A stretch of 64,000 nt of DNA, from NCBI GenBank assembly GCA_026004215.1, contig BPIR01000001.1:832566-896565 (forward strand), in the 5' to 3' direction. The notes beneath the pieces were generated by a model. It was not told the DNA's origin and searched no databases. It was given only the letters and a program-made list of their open reading frames with translations. The position numbers were made by a program, and so were the translations under genes. This DNA is from Candidatus Binatia bacterium (GTDB lineage Bacteria > Desulfobacterota > Binatia > HRBIN30). Numbering within the stretch: position 1 is the first letter of the stretch; each line of letters opens with the position of its first letter. This document shows, piece by piece, positions 57,386-64,000 of this stretch.

Positions 57386-59431
57386 ATGTGGTGGGGTTGC
57401 CGCCTAGTAAGCGCTCTGCTGTTGCTCGCATCGCAGGCCCGAGCGCTCGACTTTGCCACGCGGGAAGAGATTCCGCTGGGCGCCGCCGGCCGCGCGGTGG
57501 TGCGCGGAGAACTCAACGGCGATGGAATTCCGGATTACGTCGCCGCCACCGATCAGGGCCTGGCCGTGCTGCTCGGTGCGCGCGAGGCAAAATTTGCCTC
57601 ACCCACGCTCTTTCGACTTCCGGCTGCGCCGCAGGCCATCGTGGCCGCTGACTTCGATGGCGACCACCATACCGACATCGCGTTTGCGAGCTTCACAGAG
57701 CTCGGCGCGTACGTTCGCTACGGCAACGGCGACGGCAGTTTCAGCGACGAAATTCGCTTGGCGCCGACGGAACGAGTGCTCTTTCTGCACGCCGCCGATC
57801 TCGACGCTGACGGCCGCGCCGACTTGTTGCTCGGCCACGCCGAGGGAGTCGCGGTATTTTACGCCATCGGCCGCAAACAATTTCGGGAACCCGTCTTCGC
57901 GGACACACAGGGAGTGGAAGGGCGCTGGTTCACCACCGCTCCGCTCGACGCCAGCGGACGGCCCTACCTCGTGCTGCTGGAAGGCGGGGGGGAAGCAGCC
58001 GGAGTGTTCGAACTGCAAGAGGACGGGAAATTTCGCCCGAGGCAAGCCTCGCCAGTGGGACTCGACCCTCGCACGGGTGCGGTGGCTGATTTGGACGGCG
58101 ACAAAACGGCCGATTTAGTAGTCGCCGACGCAGCCGGGATCTCCTGGCTCAAGGGAGACGGCAAACTCTCCTTTACCGACCCCGTACGATTGCTGCACAG
58201 CACCGACATCTCCGCACTCGGCACGGCAGACCTCAACGCCGACGGTGCCCTGGATATCCTTGCTACCGATCGCCGGCGGGGAGTGTTGGTCGTGCTGCTG
58301 AATTCGGGATCGGGTAAATTCGATCGCCGGTTTTCCTACGTCGTGGGACCTGCTCCAGAAAACTTGCTCGCCGCCGACGTCACTGGCGACGGTGTGGCGG
58401 ATGTTCTCGTCGCCAGCAAAATGGCCTCCGGCCTGACCTTGTGTCGCGGCCGTGGCGACGGGACATTTCGCGGCCTGCCGGCGTTCGACCTCGGGCCAGA
58501 TCCTTCGGTAGCCGTGGCCTATGATGCCAACCACGATGGCCACCTCGATGTGGCCATTGCGCATCGCGATGCGGGTTTGGTCACACTCAGCCTCGGAGAC
58601 GGCCACGGTAACTTTCGACTGCAAAATTCGATGGCGGTGGGCACCGATCCCCGCGCGTTGGCGGTCGGTGATTTCGACAATGACGGCGCGCTCGACCTGG
58701 TGACCGCCAACTTTGGTTCGGACGACGTTGCCGTGCTCGCAGGCACCACCCGCGGGGAACTGACGGCACCGCTGCTGATCGCCACAGGGCTTGGCCCCAG
58801 CGCACTCGCAGTGGCAGATTTCGACCGAGACGGGCATAGCGACATCGCAGTTGCCAACGGCCTTTCCAACAGTGTGTCGGTCATCTTCGGAGACGGCGCT
58901 GGACGATTCCCCCGGACACGCAATTTCCCCGTGATTGCCAAGCCTGACTTCGTTCTCGCCGGCGACCTCGGGGCTACGGGTAACGTGGACCTCCTGGTGG
59001 GGAGCTCACGTAGCGAGCGTGTCTCCATTTTGCGCGGTGGTCCCGCCGGGCTCAAAGCCCCGCAGGAAGACAACCTCGGCAACCGTGTGCGGCCGGTGAT
59101 CAGTGCCGATTTCGACGGTGATGAGATTCTCGACGTGGTTCGCCTCGAAGAAAGCGAGGACAAGGTTGGAATCTTGCGAGGCTTACCCGGGGGAGGGCTT
59201 GCCCCACCCGAGAAATTTGTGGTCGGGCGGCAGCCCAGCGCCGCTGTAGCCGCGGACTTCGACGAGGACGGACGCACGGATCTCCTCCTGCTGCACCGCC
59301 GCTCGCGAACTGTCGCCTTCCTCCGCAACACCACGAGCAGGCAGCCCGCCGGTTCCGCGACGGCACCGACGCCCGCTCCCACGCCCCCACCCGCTCCCGA
59401 CCCTTGGCGGCAAGCGATAGGAACGTGGTGA
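57386..59431 (+). CDS. Secreted FG-GAP/VCBS-repeat (integrin-alpha-like beta-propeller) protein
   Basis: Signal peptide, multiple FG-GAP-type repeats (DFDGDGHTDIA, DLDGDKTADLVV, DFDNDGALDLVTAN, DFDRDGHSDIAVAN), and a Pro/Thr-rich C-terminus. Confidence 0.75.
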   Translation: MWWGCRLVSALLLLASQARALDFATREEIPLGAAGRAVVRGELNGDGIPDYVAATDQGLAVLLGAREAKFASPTLFRLPAAPQAIVAADFDGDHHTDIAFASFTELGAYVRYGNGDGSFSDEIRLAPTERVLFLHAADLDADGRADLLLGHAEGVAVFYAIGRKQFREPVFADTQGVEGRWFTTAPLDASGRPYLVLLEGGGEAAGVFELQEDGKFRPRQASPVGLDPRTGAVADLDGDKTADLVVADAAGISWLKGDGKLSFTDPVRLLHSTDISALGTADLNADGALDILATDRRRGVLVVLLNSGSGKFDRRFSYVVGPAPENLLAADVTGDGVADVLVASKMASGLTLCRGRGDGTFRGLPAFDLGPDPSVAVAYDANHDGHLDVAIAHRDAGLVTLSLGDGHGNFRLQNSMAVGTDPRALAVGDFDNDGALDLVTANFGSDDVAVLAGTTRGELTAPLLIATGLGPSALAVADFDRDGHSDIAVANGLSNSVSVIFGDGAGRFPRTRNFPVIAKPDFVLAGDLGATGNVDLLVGSSRSERVSILRGGPAGLKAPQEDNLGNRVRPVISADFDGDEILDVVRLEESEDKVGILRGLPGGGLAPPEKFVVGRQPSAAVAADFDEDGRTDLLLLHRRSRTVAFLRNTTSRQPAGSATAPTPAPTPPPAPDPWRQAIGTW

Positions 59432-59483
59432 GGTTGGAAAGATTTTGCCTTGTCGCACGACCTTTGGCATGATGGGGCGCGTC

Positions 59484-59960
59484 ATGAGCATCAAGGGTGA
59501 GCAAGAGTTCTCGGTCGAGATCGCCGCACCTGTGGACACCTGTTTCGAGGTGATCACCACGTTCGAGCGCTACCCCGAATGGTTCTCGGGGATCAAATCC
59601 GCGGTCGTGTTGGAACGGTATGAGAATGGGCTCGGAAAAATCGTCGAGTTCCGTCTCGACATGGTGCTCAAGCGCATCCGCTACGTACTGGAGTACGCCT
59701 ACAAGCCGCCCACACGCCTGGATTGGCATTCCGTGGACGGTGATATCGAATCCATCACCGGGCACTACGATCTCGAACCGCTGGGTAAAACGAAAACCCG
59801 CGCAACCTGCCGGCAGGCCATTTCCGTCGGGTTTTGGGTGCCCGGATCGATCAAGAAACTTCTCGAGCAAAATGCACTGCGCCAGTCGGTGCTGGAATTC
59901 AAAGCTGCTGCCGAAGCTGCCTGCGCAGCGAAGCCGGCACGTAAGTCCAAGCGCACGTGA
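59484..59960 (+). CDS. SRPBCC (START/RHO_alpha_C/PITP/Bet_v1/CoxG/CalC) family protein
   Basis: About 158 aa with the polyketide-cyclase/CoxG-like pattern (…FEVITTFERYPEWF…). The start was chosen at MSIKGEQ. Confidence 0.6.
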   Translation: MSIKGEQEFSVEIAAPVDTCFEVITTFERYPEWFSGIKSAVVLERYENGLGKIVEFRLDMVLKRIRYVLEYAYKPPTRLDWHSVDGDIESITGHYDLEPLGKTKTRATCRQAISVGFWVPGSIKKLLEQNALRQSVLEFKAAAEAACAAKPARKSKRT

Positions 59961-60799
59961 GCTACGAGCAAATCCTTCTCTCCATCCGCGACGGCGTCGC
60001 CACCATCACCCTCAACCGGCCGGAGCGACTCAACGCTTACACTCCGCAAATGCGCCGCGAGCTGGCGCATGCATTTGCCGCGCTCGACGAAGACGATAGC
60101 GTGCGCGCCATCATCGTGACCGGAGCAGGGCGCGCTTTTTGTGCGGGAGCCGATGTCGGAAGCGGGGAGCGCGCATTCGACCGCAGCGACGATCCCGATT
60201 ACCTCTCCCGCCTCGCCGCAGAGCGCGCGGCGGCCGTGCGGCCTTGGGAAATGCGCAAGCCGATTATCGCGGCGATCAACGGGCCCGCCGTCGGCGCCGG
60301 CATCACGATTGCGTTGCAATGGGACATTCGTATCGCTGCAGAGGGGGCCCGCATCGGGTTCGTATTTGTCCGCCGCGGCTTGTGCCCGGAAGCACTGAGT
60401 ACATGGATCCTGCCGCGCCTGGTGGGGTTCAGCCGGGCCGCGGAACTGCTTTTGAGCGGCCGCATGCTCTCGGCAGCGGAAGCCCTGGAGTACGGTATCG
60501 TCAGCCGAACGGTACCGGACGCAGACCTTCTCCCTGCAGCCGACGCACTGGCTCGCGAGATTGCGGAACACACCGCACCCGTTGCCGTGGCTGTCACCAA
60601 GCGCTTGCTTTGGCGGCACCTCGCCGAGCCCAATTGGGAGAGTGCCGAACAGGTCGAACAAGAAGCCTTCACATGGTTAGGCTCGCAGCCCGATGCGCGT
60701 GAGGGTGTGCGCGCTTTTCTCGAAAAGCGACCGCCGCGATGGCACATGCGCCCGAGCACCGACATGCCCGGATTTTTGCCGGCGCGGCGCCGCAAGTGA
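59957..60799 (+). CDS. Enoyl-CoA hydratase/isomerase (crotonase family)
   Basis: Crotonase fold motifs (ITLNRPERLNA, VTGAGRAFCAGADV, INGPAVGAG). Confidence 0.85.
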   Translation: MSYEQILLSIRDGVATITLNRPERLNAYTPQMRRELAHAFAALDEDDSVRAIIVTGAGRAFCAGADVGSGERAFDRSDDPDYLSRLAAERAAAVRPWEMRKPIIAAINGPAVGAGITIALQWDIRIAAEGARIGFVFVRRGLCPEALSTWILPRLVGFSRAAELLLSGRMLSAAEALEYGIVSRTVPDADLLPAADALAREIAEHTAPVAVAVTKRLLWRHLAEPNWESAEQVEQEAFTWLGSQPDAREGVRAFLEKRPPRWHMRPSTDMPGFLPARRRK

Positions 60800-60837
60800 G
60801 GTGCGCCGGGCATCGCGCAGCGCTAAGAGGGGCCCTC

Positions 60838-62109
60838 ATGCCGCGCTGGGACGCAAACCCCGTATGGAATCGCTTGGAAAGCTGGTTTTTCCACAACTTT
60901 TTCCTTCTTCTTCTCTTGTGGGTCAGCGTCGCTCAGGCCATCGTGCTGTGGTGGATGGCGCGGCAATGGTGGCCCTGGGGAGGCGGGTCGTTTCTCGTGC
61001 TGGCGCTTCTCATCACGGCTTTCAATGTGTCGCTGGTGCGCCGGCGCCGCAGTACGCAGCGAAATTTGGTGGATCGACTCCCTCAACTGTATCATGCTGC
61101 CGCCTTCACCTGCCTGTTTTGCGCGGGCTTTCTCGCTGTGAATCATCTCGCTTGGGAAGGTGGCCGCTTTATCCACGGTTTTGTTACTGCGGAGGCACGG
61201 GGCTTGGCCGCCAAAAGACGCCCCCTGACGGCCGGTCCGCTCGAAGAACGAACGACCGGGTGGTTGGGCTTGCTGTGCATCTTTGGGCTGTTCGCCTACG
61301 GATACACCCGCGGCCAGCGCCAACTCCGCATCGTACACCAGCGGATTCCTTTGAAGCGCTGGCCGGACGGCGCCGCGCCTCTGCGACTGGTCCAGCTCAG
61401 CGATATTCACGTCGGCGCGAACTTACAGCCGGCCGAGCTGAAGTCTTTCGTGGCAGAAGTGAACGCACTCGAACCGGATCTCGTTTGCATTACCGGGGAC
61501 ATCGCGGACAACGCGCGTTCGGACCTGGATCTCTACTTCCCCATCCTCGCCCGCCTGCGCGCACGTTACGGGGTGGTGGCCATCCTGGGCAACCACGACC
61601 ACTACGCCGGCGCCGATCGTGTGGCCGCAGCACTGGCGCACCACACCTCGTTCGTGGTTCTGCGCGACTCCACCTGGAGCCTGAGGATCGAGCCAGGGCA
61701 ACTGCACATCATCGGGCTTGACGATCGTGGTCGCGACTGGGCTCGCGGCGTCGTGCGCATCCCTCAACTGGAAACTTTGTGGCGGGAACTCGCACTCGAT
61801 GGCCCGCGCATTGTGCTGTGCCACCGGCCTGACGTTTTCCCCCACGCGGCAGAACTGGGAGCCGATCTCGTCTTGAGCGGCCACACCCACGGTGGCCAGA
61901 TTGCACTACCCTGGTTCGGGGGGCGCCGATGGAGCCTGGCGCAATTCATCACGCGCTTCGACCGCGGGCTGTTTCGCCAAGGAGACTCCGTCCTCTACGT
62001 GAACTGTGGGCTGGGAGTGACGGGGCAGCGGATTCGCTTGTGGACGCCCCGCGAAATCACCGTTTTGGAGTTGGCCCCGAGCCGGGGCAGTTCTTCCACC
62101 GCCGGATGA
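60838..62109 (+). CDS. Membrane-anchored metallophosphoesterase (calcineurin-like)
   Basis: N-terminal TM helices, then the MPP motifs LSDIHVG, GDIADN, GNHD, GHTHGG. The start MPRWDAN was verified as ATG 60838. Confidence 0.75.
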   Translation: MPRWDANPVWNRLESWFFHNFFLLLLLWVSVAQAIVLWWMARQWWPWGGGSFLVLALLITAFNVSLVRRRRSTQRNLVDRLPQLYHAAAFTCLFCAGFLAVNHLAWEGGRFIHGFVTAEARGLAAKRRPLTAGPLEERTTGWLGLLCIFGLFAYGYTRGQRQLRIVHQRIPLKRWPDGAAPLRLVQLSDIHVGANLQPAELKSFVAEVNALEPDLVCITGDIADNARSDLDLYFPILARLRARYGVVAILGNHDHYAGADRVAAALAHHTSFVVLRDSTWSLRIEPGQLHIIGLDDRGRDWARGVVRIPQLETLWRELALDGPRIVLCHRPDVFPHAAELGADLVLSGHTHGGQIALPWFGGRRWSLAQFITRFDRGLFRQGDSVLYVNCGLGVTGQRIRLWTPREITVLELAPSRGSSSTAG

Positions 62110-62330
62110 AGAATCCCGTGCCGGCCGGCCCAGTAGAGCCAGGTTTGTGCGGATCTTGTCTCCACGCCCGGCGCATTCGAACCGCCCGTGGCTCGATATT
62201 TTACCGGTGCCAGCGTGCCGACACCGACCCGCGATTTCTTCGCTATCCGCCGTTGCCGGTGCGCGCTTGCCCCGGTTTTGAGCCCAGCTCCGCCCCAGGC
62301 GGCAAGGAACAGTGAAATGCGTAGCGATTC

Positions 62331-62987
62331 TCAACCGCGCGCATTCCGCTCGAGCACCTCGCTCGGGCACAAATACACGAACAAACGACCCGCACCGATG
62401 GCGACGAGGCTGTCATCGGCCCACGCCAACCACCACAACTCCTCGCCGCCCAACAAATCGGCAGGAAGGAGCCAGTACGCCCAGGCGGCCAAAACGACGA
62501 AGCGCGGCGCCAGGGGCAACGCTCGATCGAGCGATGCTTTCCACAGCACCCGCCCAGCGAGAAACAGCTCCTCGGTGCCCTTGCGCCAGTCGCGCCGCAA
62601 GTCCCGGAGTACTCGCGGGTCGGCGAGAGCGGCTGCGGTCGCCACACTCGCGAAAATACCGGTAGAAACCATCAACCAGAGCAGCACGACTCCGATTCCC
62701 TGTGCGGCATCCAGCAGCCGCGCGGAGAGGCGCTCCGTGCGCGTGACCCAACGGCGCACCTGCCGTTCCACCGATACATTCAGGGACTGTAGCCCGAATT
62801 CTTCCGGGGCCGCGCCTTGCCGAACTCCGATGGGTTCTGGGCGGATGCTCGCCGCGCCCGCGCCGGACGCAGCCAGACAAGCATCCATGAGCAGCACAAT
62901 CAACAAGACCCGTCGCAATGCAAGCTCCGGCAAGTGCAGATGAAAGTACTCGAGCAACGCATCTACCACCAATGATCCGGCTTGCAA
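62331..62987 (-). CDS. Hypothetical membrane protein
   Basis: Several hydrophobic segments and no clear motif. The overlapping + strand ORF 62188..62943 is Ala/Arg/Pro-rich antisense-like. The call is low confidence. Confidence 0.3.
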   Translation of the reverse strand: MQAGSLVVDALLEYFHLHLPELALRRVLLIVLLMDACLAASGAGAASIRPEPIGVRQGAAPEEFGLQSLNVSVERQVRRWVTRTERLSARLLDAAQGIGVVLLWLMVSTGIFASVATAAALADPRVLRDLRRDWRKGTEELFLAGRVLWKASLDRALPLAPRFVVLAAWAYWLLPADLLGGEELWWLAWADDSLVAIGAGRLFVYLCPSEVLERNARG

Positions 62988-63291
62988 ATCACCCTACGAA
63001 TTCGCATCCTCTCCGCGTGTGGTCGCGGCTCGTTTGTCTCTTCCTGCTCGCCTGGCCGGCGGTGCTCCTGGCCCAAGTGCAAGTCGACGTCAATCGCCCG
63101 CGGTCGCCGTTCGATTGTCTCTTGCCGGTTGGCCGGCAATGGTACGGATCCGAGCAGCGTTGCCTCGCCTATTTGTGCGAGGGTTTCAACGTGTACAACG
63201 AATACGTGTTCGATAGCCACAACCGCCGTCGCAAGAATCCGTGTTATGGGCAAAGCCCAACGGAACTGCGCGACCCGGGCGAAGGGAAATA

Positions 63292-63783
63292 ATGCGTAGA
63301 GCCCAGCCGCGAACGACTTGGCTACAGCTCCAAGAGCGGAGCAACCGGTTCGGAAGCATTCGTCTCCGGGTGACCCCGGCACTCCAAGCGGCGGTGAGCG
63401 AGCTCGCGCCCGCACTCGTCACGGCCGATCCGTCCAAAGTCGAGCCGATCGTGCAAGCCATTGCTGACGAGATTTGCCGCGGTCTTGGCGTTCCCCGCGT
63501 GGCCGTCACGGTGGAACTCGCACGCCCCCACAACCAGTTCGGAGAACTTCACGGCTTGTACACGGCGGACCGCCGCCACGGCGCCAGAATCCGGCTGTGG
63601 ATGCTCACGGCCAAGCGCAAGCAAGTGGCGGCTTTCAAAACCTTCTTGCGGACGCTGCTGCACGAGCTTTGCCACCACCTCGATTACACCCTGCTCAAGC
63701 TAGGCGGCTCGGTTCATTGCGAGGGGTTCTATAAACGCGAGTCTAGCCTGTTCCACCAAATCACCGCCCACATGCCCTCGTAA
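63292..63783 (+). CDS. Hypothetical HExxH zinc-metallopeptidase-like protein
   Basis: HELCHHLDY motif. The start was chosen at MRRAQP. The stop is followed immediately by the conserved CCTTGTGG-loop hairpin. Confidence 0.45.
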   Translation: MRRAQPRTTWLQLQERSNRFGSIRLRVTPALQAAVSELAPALVTADPSKVEPIVQAIADEICRGLGVPRVAVTVELARPHNQFGELHGLYTADRRHGARIRLWMLTAKRKQVAAFKTFLRTLLHELCHHLDYTLLKLGGSVHCEGFYKRESSLFHQITAHMPS

Positions 63784-63806
63784 GGGGCAACCCTTGTGGT
63801 TGCTCA
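63784..63806. repeat. Stand-alone copy of the GCRACC-cttgtg-GTYGC hairpin motif found inside the 134-bp repeat units
   Basis: GGGGCAACCcttgtGGTTGCTC sits directly after a TAA stop. Compare GGGGCGACCcttgtGGTCGCCC at 49716, 49844 and 50948. Confidence 0.45.
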
Positions 63807-64000
63807 TTGGTGTGCAGCCCTCGTGGGTGCCCGTTCGTGTGCAACCGGTTTGGGTGCCCACTCTCCGGCCACTCTAGGGGTTACGCTGGCGGCGCCGGTA
63901 GCTCGAGCACCGCAGGCACACGCCCCTGCCTTACACCGCGCGGCGAACGGCCTGCACAAAGGCACGCATGCGCTCGAAATCGCGCCGCCCCTGCGGGTCC

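Overview
High-GC (~65-68%) bacterial chromosomal window, gene-dense on both strands. The gene content (DUF1844, CarH-type regulator, FG-GAP and dockerin-like secreted proteins) suggests a Myxococcota/Acidobacteria-like organism, though this is only an impression from the proteins present.

Order of content from start to end:

- **Translation cluster (minus strand):** pheT (partial), pheS, rplT, rpmI, thrS, with no infC. A tRNA-Val(GAC) is hidden in the ORF-track N-terminal extension of thrS.
- **GH5 lipoprotein, aroK, AI-2E transporter, nitronate monooxygenase.**
- **Lower-GC islet:** a Lys-rich DsbA-like gene, mgsA and a 1-Cys peroxiredoxin.
- **MBL hydrolase and dodecin.**
- **Partial complex I cluster:** membrane-arm genes nuoA-H-J-K-L-M-N only (no nuoI, no nuoB-G).
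- **htpX, DUF1844, degP.**
- **Class A PBP, then a B12-dependent acyl-CoA mutase-family gene.**
- **A large secreted FG-GAP repeat protein gene interrupted by a G8 homopolymer frameshift.**
- **3-hydroxyacyl-CoA dehydrogenase, thiolase, malic enzyme.**
- **sixA with a CYTH-CHAD protein, a lipoprotein, a tri-heme cytochrome c.**
- **Light-sensor operon (most interesting locus):** a MerR/B12-binding CarH-like regulator, preceded by three tandem ~11-bp direct repeats overlapping a TTGACA -35 box. It heads an operon of hypothetical, FAD amine-oxidase-like oxidoreductase, DUF1365 and CFA-synthase-like methyltransferase. This gene set is associated in Rhodobacter with the singlet-oxygen/furan-fatty-acid response.
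- **Esterase, lgt-like gene, and a cluster of small Cys-rich secreted proteins with dockerin-like repeats.**
- **Mosaic region at 49.6-51.1 kb:**
  - Two tandem dimers of a 134-bp nested-palindrome repeat flank a small ORF carrying a G15 homopolymer.
  - The same region holds an internally deleted duplicate of the esterase-3'/lgt segment.
- **Homopolymers:** long tracts sit in or at the 5' ends of three putative secreted-protein genes, suggesting phase variation or sequencing error.
- **Right end of the window:** D-aminoacylase, acyl-CoA ligase, esterase, secreted nuclease, orphan mreB-like gene, a second FG-GAP protein, SRPBCC, crotonase, metallophosphoesterase and two hypotheticals.
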